In this document: positions 41,885 to 51,494 of the stretch, one piece after another
Layout: each line of letters opens with the position of its first letter
Position numbering within the stretch: the stretch's first letter is position 1
Source of the DNA: an uncultured Eubacteriales bacterium
GTDB taxonomy: Bacteria > Bacillota > Clostridia > Oscillospirales > Oscillospiraceae
Reading direction: 5' to 3'
Assembly: GCA_900551995.1 (NCBI GenBank)
Contig: URXW01000003.1
Span: forward strand, 3,196-67,195
Length of the DNA: 64,000 nucleotides
Program-made: the position numbers and the translations under genes
The notes under the pieces: generated by a model
Seen by the model: the letters and a program-made list of their open reading frames with translations, nothing else
Databases searched by the model: none
Told to the model about the DNA's origin: nothing

Positions 41885-42064
41885 TCAATTCGAGTTGACG
41901 ATAGCCAGAGAGATAAAAACGAGTGCGCCGAAGGTAATGCTCGCTTCGATTTTGCTGCGGGAGGCGCAGTCCTCGTCATCGGCTCTGATGGCGTTGATCA
42001 AAAATATCGGAAAGACGACGCCCAAGGCGGTGGCGGCGAGGATCATAATGTTGACAATATGCAT
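41885..42064 (-). CDS. Small two-TM hypothetical protein (59 aa)
   Basis: SD AAAGGAG; MHIVNIMILAATALGVVFPIFLINAI...ASITFGALVFISLAIV. Confidence 0.6.
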   Translation of the reverse strand: MHIVNIMILAATALGVVFPIFLINAIRADDEDCASRSKIEASITFGALVFISLAIVNSN

Positions 42065-42162
42065 AATTGGTACTCCTTTGTAGGTCGGGGGGTATGGGGG
42101 GGGACGGATTGCCGTGTCGGTTTGCGTACTGGCGCACATGACAGGGGCGGGAGGCGGAGAGG

Positions 42163-43089
42163 TCAGTCGGAGGGGGCGAGGTCGGAGAGGGTACGCTTGA
42201 GAATGTCCACGAACTGCTGGCCGTGGGGGGTCAGCGGGACATCCTTGGGGCGGATGACGCCAAGGCGCATATCGTGGATGTCGCCGGTGAGGGGCAGCGT
42301 CATCAGGCGGTCGTCGCCGTAGCCGTCGGGGAGGACGCCGCTGCCGGTGGACACGCAGTCCGTGTGGGCGATGACGTTGTACGCCGTGGCGCGGTCACTG
42401 ACGGACACCACCCGGTCGAACTCCGCCACGGTGCCCACCACCGCCTCCTCAGCGTAGTGGTAGTTGCTGTCGGACTGGGTGAAGATCACGTAGGGGTAGG
42501 CGTAGAGCTGCTCCAGACGGATGGAGGCGTTGCGGGAGAGGGGGTGCCCCTTGCGGAGAAAGACGCGGGGCCGGATGTTTACCAGCGGCTGGAAGGTGAG
42601 GTTCTTTTCCCGGAGGATGCGGGAGATGAAGTGCTCGGTCATGTCGGAGACAAAGATGATGCCCAGCGCGCTGCGGCGTTCCGCCACCTCGTCAATGACG
42701 GCCGCCATCTCCATCTCCTTGAAGCTGACCTGAATGTGGGGCTGATCCAGCAGGTGGAGGAACTCCACGAACGCCATGGCGCAGAAGGGGTAGCGTTGGG
42801 ACGACACGGACAGGGCGGCGCGGTCGGCGGCGCGGCGTTCGCTGTAATAGCGGGAGAGCTTGCGGCTGCGCTCCACCAGCGGGGCGATCTGCGCCACCAG
42901 CTCGCGCCCCTCCTCCGTCAGCGTGACGCCGCGGTTGGTGCGGAGGAATATGGTGACGCCCAGCTCCCGCTCCACCTCCGCAATAGCGGCGGATAGGGCG
43001 GACTGGGAGAGGAACATATTCCGCGCCGCACGGTTCATGGAGCCGCAGCGGTCTACCTCCAAAATGTAACTCATTTGCAGCAAAGTCAT
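42163..43089 (-). CDS. LysR-family transcriptional regulator
   Basis: GSMNRAARNMFLSQSALSAAIAEVERELGVTIFLRTNRGVTLTEEG HTH. Confidence 0.93.
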   Translation of the reverse strand: MTLLQMSYILEVDRCGSMNRAARNMFLSQSALSAAIAEVERELGVTIFLRTNRGVTLTEEGRELVAQIAPLVERSRKLSRYYSERRAADRAALSVSSQRYPFCAMAFVEFLHLLDQPHIQVSFKEMEMAAVIDEVAERRSALGIIFVSDMTEHFISRILREKNLTFQPLVNIRPRVFLRKGHPLSRNASIRLEQLYAYPYVIFTQSDSNYHYAEEAVVGTVAEFDRVVSVSDRATAYNVIAHTDCVSTGSGVLPDGYGDDRLMTLPLTGDIHDMRLGVIRPKDVPLTPHGQQFVDILKRTLSDLAPSD

Positions 43090-43184
43090 GGCGGAGCCTC
43101 CTTTTCCACGCTGGTTTTGTTGCTTTATGTGGGCAGTATATCAAAAATAAGGCGGGCTGTAAACACCCTGCGGCAGAATACGCG

Positions 43185-43213
43185 TTGACAGGAGGGAGGG
43201 GAGGGGGTATAAT
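43185..43213 (+). promoter_or_regulatory. Consensus SigA promoter
   Basis: TTGACA-17 nt-TATAAT upstream of the lipoprotein gene. Confidence 0.75.
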
Positions 43214-43250
43214 CGGAAAACAGCCCGGAAAGGGCAGAATGGAAAGGAAT

Positions 43251-43940
43251 ATGAAGGACATGAAAAAAATTGCGGCATTGGTGCTGGCGGCGGTCATGGC
43301 TCTTAGCCTGACATCGTGCGGCAGCAAGGAGGAGACGAAGAAGCTGGTGGGCACGTGGCAGAGCAAGGTGGACATGACCCAGCAGATGAACACCCAGATG
43401 GCGGAGAGCCTGGAGCTGGAGGCGGTGGAGGTGGACGCGACCTTCGGGATCACCATGGCTCTGACCGTGGGCGAGGACGGCGTGTACACCATGGCGGTGG
43501 ATCTGGAGACCACCGGCGCGGAGCTGAACGACTATATGCAGGCGTTGGCTCCCGTGATGGCGGAGGCTATGTACGCCGCGGCGGAGGCCGAGGGCATGAG
43601 CCGGGAGGAGTTTGACGCGGTGCTGAAGGAGCTGGGCATGGACGGTGAGGAGTACATCGCCGCCATTCTGGGTGCCTTCGACATGGGTGCGCTGATGGAT
43701 TCCCTGATGGGCAGTCAGGACACCACCGTCGCCACAGGCTACTGCAAGGCGGTGGACGGGAAGCTGTATCTGGCGGAGAGTGCCGGGGAGCTGACCGAGG
43801 ACGCGGGGTACGTGACGTACACGCTGAACAGCGACGGCACCATGCAGTGGAACGACACGGAGGGAGAGCTGAGCAGCCAGCTGACCGCCGAGGAGCAGGA
43901 GCTGATCACCTTCCCCATGGTGTGGACGAAGAACACGTAA
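43251..43940 (+). CDS. Acidic lipoprotein, function unknown
   Basis: MKKIAALVLAAVMALSLTSC lipobox; LVGTW motif. Confidence 0.8.
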   Translation: MKDMKKIAALVLAAVMALSLTSCGSKEETKKLVGTWQSKVDMTQQMNTQMAESLELEAVEVDATFGITMALTVGEDGVYTMAVDLETTGAELNDYMQALAPVMAEAMYAAAEAEGMSREEFDAVLKELGMDGEEYIAAILGAFDMGALMDSLMGSQDTTVATGYCKAVDGKLYLAESAGELTEDAGYVTYTLNSDGTMQWNDTEGELSSQLTAEEQELITFPMVWTKNT

Positions 43941-43948
43941 AAAAAGAG

Positions 43949-43985
43949 AAAAAAAAGAAAGCCCCAAGGGGCTTTCTTTTTTTTT
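43949..43985. repeat. Palindrome / bidirectional terminator, family member 3
   Basis: AAAAAAAAGAAAGCCCC-AA-GGGGCTTTCTTTTTTTT. Confidence 0.75.
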
Positions 43986-43992
43986 GCGTCGG

Positions 43993-44400
43993 TCACTCGC
44001 CCATGGGGGCACCGCAGTGGGGGCAGAACTTGCTGTCGCTGGCGGCACCGCAGACGGGGCAGACCTTGAAGGTGACCTCGGACTCCTCCACGGGGCTGCC
44101 CTTCTGGGGCCTGTCTGCCTCCAGCTGGGCGATGCGCTCCTTGGAGGCGGTGATGGCGTCCACCACGTCCTTGACGGCGTCGGGGATGTCGCCCTGATGC
44201 TCGGAGACGAACCACTCGCCGATGGCGCGGTAGTTCTTCTCCAGCTCACGCTGCTCGTTCATAATGGCGACGTTGATCTTGGCGGTGTCGCTGAGATCCT
44301 TCGCCTTGTCGGCGGCGACCTCCGCCAGATCCTTCGCCTTATCCACGGCAATGCCGGCGTATTCCTGTGCCTTTTTGCTGATGTCGTTGAAAATACCCAT
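43993..44400 (-). CDS. Coiled-coil plus C-terminal zinc-ribbon protein
   Basis: DKAKDL repeats; CPVCG..FCPHCG; SD AAAGGAG. Confidence 0.8.
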   Translation of the reverse strand: MGIFNDISKKAQEYAGIAVDKAKDLAEVAADKAKDLSDTAKINVAIMNEQRELEKNYRAIGEWFVSEHQGDIPDAVKDVVDAITASKERIAQLEADRPQKGSPVEESEVTFKVCPVCGAASDSKFCPHCGAPMGE

Positions 44401-44504
44401 AATAAATGCTCCTTTCTCATTTTGCCCTGTTGGGGACAGTATAACGCGTTTTTTGCGCCGTTGCAAGCGATAAAGGACGAAATTTACACTCTGTTCAACT
44501 GTGC

Positions 44505-45998
44505 TCAGTGCTCGATCCAGTCGGAGGCGCGTCCCACGGCGCGCTTCCACAGGCGGTAGTAAGCGTCACAGTCCGCCTGGGGACGCTCCGGCAGGAACAC
44601 CCGCTGGCTGCGGCGGAGGGTGGAGAGCTCCTCCAGATCGCGCCAGAAGCCGCAGCTCAGTCCCGCCAGTGCCGCCGCGCCGAAGGCGGTGGTCTCCACC
44701 ATCTCGGGGCGGTCCACCGGGATACGCAGGAGATCCGCCTGCATTTGCAGCAGCACGTCGGAGACGCTGGCCCCGCCGTCGGCGCGGAGGAGGGCGATGT
44801 CGCAGCCGGCGTCCTGCCGCATGGCGAGCATGAGGTCGGTGACCTGGGCGGCGATGCAGGAGAGGACGGCGCGGGCGATGTGGGCGCGTCCGGTGCCGCG
44901 GGTGACGCCCAGAATGGCTCCCCGCGCGTACATATCCCAATAGGGGGCACCGAGTCCGGTGAAGGCGGGCACCACCACCACACCGCCGCTGTCGGGGACG
45001 GTGGCCGCCAGCACGTCGATCTCCGGGGCGGAGGAGATGATCCCCAGCTCGTCGCGGAGCCACTGGATGGTGCTGCCGCCGTTGAAAACGCTGCCCTCCA
45101 GCGCGTAGGTGGTTTTGCCGTTCACCTGCCACGCCACGGAGGTGAGCAGCCCGGCGCGGGAGCGGACAGGCTTGTCACCTACGTTCATCAGGGTGAAGCA
45201 ACCGGTGCCGTAGGTGTTTTTGGCTTCGCCGGGGGCGAAGCAGGTCTGTCCGAACAGGGCGGATTGCTGGTCGCCGGCGGCTCCGCACACGGGCACGCCC
45301 GCCAGAGCTTCCAGACCGGGGATGCCGGGCTGCACCGTGCCGTAGATCATGCTGTTGGGCACGGGCGTGGGGAGCATGGTGGTGGGGACGCCGAGGATGC
45401 CGCAGAGCTCCTCGTCCCAGCAGAGGCGGTGGATGTCGAAGAGCATGGTGCGGCTGGCGTTGGCGTAGTCGGTGACGTGGACGCCGGTGAGCCGCCAGAT
45501 GAGCCAGCTTTCCACCGTGCCGAAGAGGATCTCGCCCCGCTCGGCGCGGCGGCGGACGCCGGGGACGTTGTCCAGGATCCAGCGGATCTTGCTGCCGGAG
45601 AAATAGGCATCGATCAGCAGGCCGGTGGCGGAGCGGATGCGCTCCTCCAGACCACGGTGCTTCAGCTCCTCGCACAGCTCCGCCGTCCGGCGGCACTGCC
45701 AGACGATGGCGTTATAGACAGGCGCGCCGGTGGTTTTGTCCCAGAGGATCGTGGTCTCGCGCTGGTTGGTGACGCCGATGCCCGCCACGCTGCCGGCGGG
45801 CAGGCCGGACACGGCGTCCGAGGCGGCGCGGCGTTGGGTGTCCCATATCTCCATGGGGTCGTGCTCCACCCAGCCGGACTGGGGGAAGTGCTGGGGCAGG
45901 GGGTGCTGGGACAGGGCGGCGATGTGACCCTGACGGTCGAAAACGATGGCGCGGGAGCTGGTGGTGCCCTGATCCAACGCCAATATGTACTGGGACAT
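44505..45998 (-). CDS. glpK: Glycerol kinase
   Basis: LDQGTTSSR, TNQRET, WQCRR, GDQQSALFG, KNTYGTG, FTGLGAPYWD, DGGAS. Confidence 0.96.
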   Translation of the reverse strand: MSQYILALDQGTTSSRAIVFDRQGHIAALSQHPLPQHFPQSGWVEHDPMEIWDTQRRAASDAVSGLPAGSVAGIGVTNQRETTILWDKTTGAPVYNAIVWQCRRTAELCEELKHRGLEERIRSATGLLIDAYFSGSKIRWILDNVPGVRRRAERGEILFGTVESWLIWRLTGVHVTDYANASRTMLFDIHRLCWDEELCGILGVPTTMLPTPVPNSMIYGTVQPGIPGLEALAGVPVCGAAGDQQSALFGQTCFAPGEAKNTYGTGCFTLMNVGDKPVRSRAGLLTSVAWQVNGKTTYALEGSVFNGGSTIQWLRDELGIISSAPEIDVLAATVPDSGGVVVVPAFTGLGAPYWDMYARGAILGVTRGTGRAHIARAVLSCIAAQVTDLMLAMRQDAGCDIALLRADGGASVSDVLLQMQADLLRIPVDRPEMVETTAFGAAALAGLSCGFWRDLEELSTLRRSQRVFLPERPQADCDAYYRLWKRAVGRASDWIEH

Positions 45999-46079
45999 GG
46001 CTCTCCCTCTTTTCTTTTTCGGATTTTTGTGGTACACTGTATGTAGTAAGGATTATATCACGGAAGGAGCGGATACACC

Positions 46080-47021
46080 ATGACAAATTTATCCGAGTTC
46101 ACCTTTTTATCCAGCGATAAGCACACCCAGCTCCACGGGATGCTGTGGGATGTGCAGGAGGTGCCCGTGCGTGCGGTGTTGCAGATCTGCCACGGCGTGG
46201 CGGAGCATATTGCGCGGTACGACAAATTTGCCAGAGCCTTGAACGAGCGGGGTATCGTGGTGGCGGGTCACGACCATCTGGGGCACGGGAAATCGCTGCC
46301 GGAGGGGGATACGCCGGTGTATTTCGGCGAGGGGAACACATGGGACACGGTGGTGGACGACATCTACGTGCTGCACCAGAGGCTGCGCCAGCGGTATCCC
46401 GACGTGCCGCTGTGCATCATGGGGCACAGCATGGGTTCCTTCCTGACGCGGACGTATCTCATCCGCTATCCCGGCACGGTGAAGGCGGCGGTCATTATGG
46501 GCACCGGCTGGCAGTCCCGCGCCGCCGTCAACGGCGGGCTGGCTCTTGCCAACGCCATCGCCGCCGTGAGCGGGGAGAGCACCACCAGCGACGTGGTGAC
46601 GGAGCTTGCCTTCGGCAGCTATAATAAGCTGTTCGCGCCCAACCGCACGAAGGTGGACTGGCTGTCCGCCGACGAGGAGAACGTGGACGCGTATATTGCG
46701 GACCCCATGTGCGGCGCGGACGCCACGGTGGGGCTGTTCCGCCAGATGCTCCACGGCATACGGTTCAACCAGCGCATGAGCCATCTGAGAAAGATGGACA
46801 GGGAGGTGCCGGTGCTGTTCGTCTCCGGGGACAAGGACCCGGTGGGCGGCTGCGGCAAGGGTGTGGTGCAGACCTATGAGGCGTTTAAGGCCGCCGGGAT
46901 GCGGGACTGCACGCTGAAGCTGTACCCGGAGCTGCGGCACGAGATCCTCAACGAGAGGGCGTATGCCGGCGAGATCACGGAGGACATCGCCTCGTGGCTG
47001 CTGCGGAAGACGGCGCGGTAG
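46080..47021 (+). CDS. Alpha/beta hydrolase (lysophospholipase/monoglyceride lipase-like)
   Basis: HGVAEH, DHLGHG, GHSMG nucleophile elbow, DPVG, RHEILNE. Confidence 0.9.
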   Translation: MTNLSEFTFLSSDKHTQLHGMLWDVQEVPVRAVLQICHGVAEHIARYDKFARALNERGIVVAGHDHLGHGKSLPEGDTPVYFGEGNTWDTVVDDIYVLHQRLRQRYPDVPLCIMGHSMGSFLTRTYLIRYPGTVKAAVIMGTGWQSRAAVNGGLALANAIAAVSGESTTSDVVTELAFGSYNKLFAPNRTKVDWLSADEENVDAYIADPMCGADATVGLFRQMLHGIRFNQRMSHLRKMDREVPVLFVSGDKDPVGGCGKGVVQTYEAFKAAGMRDCTLKLYPELRHEILNERAYAGEITEDIASWLLRKTAR

Positions 47022-47068
47022 GACAAACGGCGGCGGACAAGAGAGAATCACGGAGGGAGAAAAAAACT

Positions 47069-47644
47069 ATGAGTGAATGGGAAGCTCTGCGGCAGGAGTG
47101 TCTGCACTGCCGCGCCTGCACACTGGCGGAGACGCGGACGAACGTGGTCTTTGGCGTGGGACGGGAGGATGCGGAGGTCATGTTCATCGGGGAGGCCCCC
47201 GGTGCCAATGAGGATATGCAGGGGGAGCCCTTCGTGGGGCGGGGCGGCAAGCTGCTGGACGATATGCTGAAGATGATCGGGCTGGACAGGAGACGCATTT
47301 ATATCACCAACTCCGTCAAGTGCCGCCCGCCGGCGAACCGCGACCCCATGAACACGGAGAAGGACGCCTGCAAGGGCTTCTTGCAGCGGCAGCGGGAGCT
47401 GATGAAGCCGAAGATCATCGTCTGTCTGGGGCGGATCAGTGCCATGGAGATCATCCGCCCGGACTTCAAAATATCTCAGGAGCACGGGCAGTTCTATGAG
47501 AAGGACGGGTGTCTGATGACGGCGTTGTACCACCCTGCCGCGCTGCTGCGAAGCCCCGGACGCAAACCGGAGACGTTCGAGGATCTGAAAAAATTGCAGG
47601 CGAAGATCAGGGAGGTCTGCACAAGGACGGAGCTGGAGTTTTGA
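47069..47644 (+). CDS. Family 4 uracil-DNA glycosylase (4Fe-4S)
   Basis: [30 protein letters not shown]. Confidence 0.95.
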   Translation: MSEWEALRQECLHCRACTLAETRTNVVFGVGREDAEVMFIGEAPGANEDMQGEPFVGRGGKLLDDMLKMIGLDRRRIYITNSVKCRPPANRDPMNTEKDACKGFLQRQRELMKPKIIVCLGRISAMEIIRPDFKISQEHGQFYEKDGCLMTALYHPAALLRSPGRKPETFEDLKKLQAKIREVCTRTELEF

Positions 47645-47679
47645 AAAAAAGAAAGACCCGAAAGGGTCTTTCTTTCTGC

Positions 47680-49416
47680 TTATTTCTCGTTGGGCATTTT
47701 CCATGCCGTGTGGTCGGTGTGGAGGAGGTGGTGGGATCTTTCGCTGAGGGGGGCGCGGAGATACTCGCGGTAGAGCGTCTGCACGTCGGGGTTCTCGTGG
47801 GAGAAGCGCACCTTGGCGTGCTTGTCCAGCTCCCAGAGAATGTCGCCGCGGGACTCCGCCAGCTCCTGCCCGTCGCGGATGGGCTGTCCGCCGCCGCCGG
47901 CACAGCCGCCGGGACACGCCATGACCTCCACAAAGTCGTAGTCCACCCGTCCCTCGTCGATGGCGTGCATGAGGCGGCGGGTGTTGCCCAGACCGCTGAC
48001 CACCGCCACGCGGACATCGCCCGCGCCGGGGATGGTGAACGTCGCCTCCTTCCAGCCGTCCATGCCGCGGACGGCGGAGAACGCGTCGGCATCCGGGTTC
48101 TTGCCGGTGACGAGGTAATAGGCACTGCGGAGTGCGGCGTCCATGACGCCGCCGGTGGCTCCGAACACCACGGCGGCACCGGTGCCGGTGCCCAGAGGAC
48201 TGTCAAAGGGCGTTTCCGGCAGGACGGCGGGGTTGATAGGCTCGCCCCGGAGCATACGGACGATCTCGCGGGTGGTCAGCACCACGTCCACGTCCGGGTC
48301 GCCGCCCTCGCCCCGCATGGTGGGCAGGGCGCGCTCCGCCTTCTTGGCGGTGCAGGGCATGATGGATACCACAAACAGCTTTTTGGGATCCACGCCCAGC
48401 TTCTCGGCGAAATAGCTCTTGACCACGGCACCGAACATCTGCTGGGGGCTTTTGGCGGTGGAGAGGTTCTCCGTGTAGGCGGGGAACTGCCCCTTTACGA
48501 ACCGCACCCAGCCGGGACAGCAGCTGGTGAACATGGGCCAGAGGTACTTGTTGCGGTGGGTGAACCGCTCCAGAAATTCGCTGCCCTCCTCCATGATGGT
48601 CAGGTCGGCGGTGAAATTGGTGTCGAACACGTAGTCGAAGCCCATGGTCTTTAGGGCGGTGACGAAACGCTCCGCCGTGGCGAACTTGGGGTCGAGGTGG
48701 TAGTACTCCGCCCAAGCGGCGCGTACCGCCGGGGCGATCTGCACCACGGTGATGCGCTCCGGGTCCGCCAGCGCGTCAAAGACCTTGCCGGTGTCGTCGT
48801 GCTCCTGGAGGCCGCCCACGGGACAGTGGGTGATGCACTGGCCGCAGAAGGTGCAGTCGCTCTCGCCCAGCGTGCGGGTGTGGGCGACGCCCACGGTGGT
48901 GTGGGTACCGGTGCCCATCAGATCCCAGATGCCCATGGTCTGCACCTTTTCACAGATCTGGATGCAGCGCATACACTTGATACAGCGGTTTTCGATGCGT
49001 ATTACGGGGTTGGAGTAGTCGGTGGGGGTGTTCCGCAGGTCGTCGATGTAGTGGTCGCCCAGCAGGTTGTAGTCGTTGGTCAGCTGCTGGAGCTTGCAGT
49101 TGCCGCTGCGGGTGCATTTGGTACACTTCGTCTCGTGCTGGCTCAGCAGGAGGCGAAGGTTCACGCGGCGGGCCTCACGGACGCGGGGAGAGCTGGTGTG
49201 CACCACCATGCCCTCGGACACCGCGCTGTTGCAGGAGGGCACCAGACGGGCGTGACCCTCCACCTCCACCATGCACAGGCGGCAGGCGGCGATCTCGTTG
49301 ATGCCCTTCAGATAGCAGAGCGTGGGGATCTCGATCTTGGCGGAGCGCGCCGCCTCTAAGATCGTGGTACCGTCGGGGACGGTGACGGTTCGCTTGTCGA
49401 TGGTCAGTGTTACCAT
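47680..49416 (-). CDS. hydA: [FeFe]-hydrogenase catalytic subunit (group A)
   Basis: 2Fe-2S, His-ligated 4Fe-4S and 2x4Fe-4S domains; H-cluster motifs TSCCPGW, MPCTAKKAE, EVMACPGGCAGGGGQP. Confidence 0.95.
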   Translation of the reverse strand: MVTLTIDKRTVTVPDGTTILEAARSAKIEIPTLCYLKGINEIAACRLCMVEVEGHARLVPSCNSAVSEGMVVHTSSPRVREARRVNLRLLLSQHETKCTKCTRSGNCKLQQLTNDYNLLGDHYIDDLRNTPTDYSNPVIRIENRCIKCMRCIQICEKVQTMGIWDLMGTGTHTTVGVAHTRTLGESDCTFCGQCITHCPVGGLQEHDDTGKVFDALADPERITVVQIAPAVRAAWAEYYHLDPKFATAERFVTALKTMGFDYVFDTNFTADLTIMEEGSEFLERFTHRNKYLWPMFTSCCPGWVRFVKGQFPAYTENLSTAKSPQQMFGAVVKSYFAEKLGVDPKKLFVVSIMPCTAKKAERALPTMRGEGGDPDVDVVLTTREIVRMLRGEPINPAVLPETPFDSPLGTGTGAAVVFGATGGVMDAALRSAYYLVTGKNPDADAFSAVRGMDGWKEATFTIPGAGDVRVAVVSGLGNTRRLMHAIDEGRVDYDFVEVMACPGGCAGGGGQPIRDGQELAESRGDILWELDKHAKVRFSHENPDVQTLYREYLRAPLSERSHHLLHTDHTAWKMPNEK

Positions 49417-51245
49417 TTTTCGTTCCTCCCTCCCCGGAAAATACCGTAGCCGTAGTGGTCGCAGCGGAGGCAGCGGGACGCTTCGGTGCGCGCACCCTCC
49501 TCGGTGAGCCCACATTCGATGTCCTCGAAGTCGCAGCGGCGTTCGCACGCCTCGCGCTCGGTGGTGTTGATGCGCCCATGGGGGGCGCGGTTGTTGAGAC
49601 GGGGGCTGGGGATGTCCACCTCGACCTTGATCTCGTGGCGGAAGCCGAGGTGCTCGTCGATGTTCGCCGCCGCCACCTTGCCGGCGGCGATGGCGCGGAT
49701 GGCGGTGGCGGGGCCGGTGACGCAGTCGCCGCCGGCGAACAGGTTGTCCTTATCGCCAACCTGACCGGAGAGCCCCGCCACGAAGGTGCCCCGCTTGATG
49801 GGGACGCCCGCCTGCTCGAAGCCCTGGATCTCAATGCCCTGACCGATCGCCACCACGATGATGTCCGCCGGGATGCGAAGTTCCGGCAAGTCGGCCTTGT
49901 TGGGGCGGGGACGCCCGGTCTTGTCCGTCTCGCCGATGAGCTGGGGCTGCACCCAGAGGGCGACGGCGTTGCCGTCGGCGTCCGATTCGATGTGGGAGGG
50001 AGCCATGAGTGTCTTGATCTCCGCACCCTCCGCCATGGCACCGGTGACCTCGTCGGGCAGGGCGGTCATGTCCTCCACGCGGCGGCGGTAGACGCAGGTG
50101 ACCTTGTCCGCGCCCAAGCGGAGGGAGCTGCGGGTCACATCCATCGCCACGTTGCCGCCGCCGATGACCACCACCTGCTTGCCGGTGAAGTCGGGCATTA
50201 CGTCGTCGCCGATGGCGCGGAGCATCTCCACGGCGGATATGACGTTGCGGCTGTCCTCGCCGGGGATGCCGACCTTTTTGTCCTGATGGGCACCGATGGC
50301 GATGTACAGGCAGTCGTATTCCTTTTGCAGATCCTCCACCCAGATGTCGCTGCCCACGGTGACGTTGGTGTGCGCCTCGATGCCGAGGGAGAGGATGGAT
50401 GCGATCTCCGCGTCCAGCAGGTGACGGGGGAAACGGTAGCTGGGGATGCCGTAGCGGAGCATTCCGCCCAGCTTGTCACGCTCCTCGTAGACCGTGACCT
50501 TGTGTCCCATCAGTGCCAGATAGTAGGCGCAGCTGAGGCCGCTGGGGCCGCCGCCGATAATGGCGACCTTCTTGCCCGTGGGCGGCGCACAGACGGGCTG
50601 GGGCACGTCGCCGGCATGATCCACGGCGTACCGCTTCAGACCGCGGATGTTGATGGCGTCGTCGATCATGTTGCGGCGGCACCGCGCCTCGCAGGGGTGC
50701 TCGCAGATATAGGCGCAGGCGGTGGGGAAGGGGTTGTCCTTGCGGATCAGACGCACGGCGTCGGCACAGCGATCCTCGCCCACCAGTGCCATGTAGCCGG
50801 GAACGTCCACCCCGGCGGGGCACAGAGCCACGCAGGGGACGGGCAGCTGTAGTCCCGCCAGACAGCGGTGGTGGAGGATGTGCTCCTCGTAGTCGTCCCG
50901 GAAGCCCTCCAGACCGTCCAGCACAAGGCGGGCGGCGTCCCGCCCGATGGCGCAGTCGGCGGTGGTCTCCACGGTGCGGGCGGTCTTTTCGATGATGGAC
51001 AGCGTCGCCATGTCCGCAGTGCCGTCCAGTACGGTGGCGATCAGCTTGCTCAGCTGCCCCAGACCGATACGGCAGGGGACGCACTTACCGCAGGATTGGG
51101 CGTGGCACAGCTGCAAAAACGACAGTGACATATCCACCGGACATAGGCCGGGAGGGCTGGCGGCAATGCGGCGTTCCACGTCGCGGTAGAGGTTATCCAC
51201 CACGGTCTGGGCGCGGCTGGGACTTTTGATGTCAAGTCTGCTCAA
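49410..51245 (-). CDS. GltD-like NAD(P)H:FeS flavoprotein with an N-terminal NuoF-type 4Fe-4S module
   Basis: SCGKCVPCRIG, PCVALCP, CAYICEHPCEARC, GGGPSG, GGGNVAMD, YRRR, RCLRC; overlaps the hydA start. Confidence 0.9.
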   Translation of the reverse strand: MSRLDIKSPSRAQTVVDNLYRDVERRIAASPPGLCPVDMSLSFLQLCHAQSCGKCVPCRIGLGQLSKLIATVLDGTADMATLSIIEKTARTVETTADCAIGRDAARLVLDGLEGFRDDYEEHILHHRCLAGLQLPVPCVALCPAGVDVPGYMALVGEDRCADAVRLIRKDNPFPTACAYICEHPCEARCRRNMIDDAINIRGLKRYAVDHAGDVPQPVCAPPTGKKVAIIGGGPSGLSCAYYLALMGHKVTVYEERDKLGGMLRYGIPSYRFPRHLLDAEIASILSLGIEAHTNVTVGSDIWVEDLQKEYDCLYIAIGAHQDKKVGIPGEDSRNVISAVEMLRAIGDDVMPDFTGKQVVVIGGGNVAMDVTRSSLRLGADKVTCVYRRRVEDMTALPDEVTGAMAEGAEIKTLMAPSHIESDADGNAVALWVQPQLIGETDKTGRPRPNKADLPELRIPADIIVVAIGQGIEIQGFEQAGVPIKRGTFVAGLSGQVGDKDNLFAGGDCVTGPATAIRAIAAGKVAAANIDEHLGFRHEIKVEVDIPSPRLNNRAPHGRINTTEREACERRCDFEDIECGLTEEGARTEASRCLRCDHYGYGIFRGGRNEKW

Positions 51246-51494
51246 ACAAAGTCACTCCTTTCGTCTGCGCGGTGCGGACATACGTCCGGCACCAGCGGAC
51301 TTGTTCCTGTGTTACCATAAAGAATGGCACAAATTGCGGCAAAAGTCAACAGTGAAAAGGGAGAAATTTCCCAAGAGGAAATGCGGCGGGGACGGCTGGA
51401 AAAGCGGCGATTTTTATGGGGCGGAATGGGAAAGGCGGTGGTTTTGATTTTCGCAAAAAGAAACTCTCCGGCGTTAGCCGGAGAGGGGGAGGGC

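Noticed and set aside
42083..42108. G-rich tract as a G-quadruplex or phase-variable repeat
   Set aside because: Only two long G runs, intergenic, with nothing else supporting function
51325..51337. Sigma54-like TGGCAC..TTGC near the hydrogenase operon
   Set aside because: GG-GC spacing is 2 nt too short and it faces away from the operon
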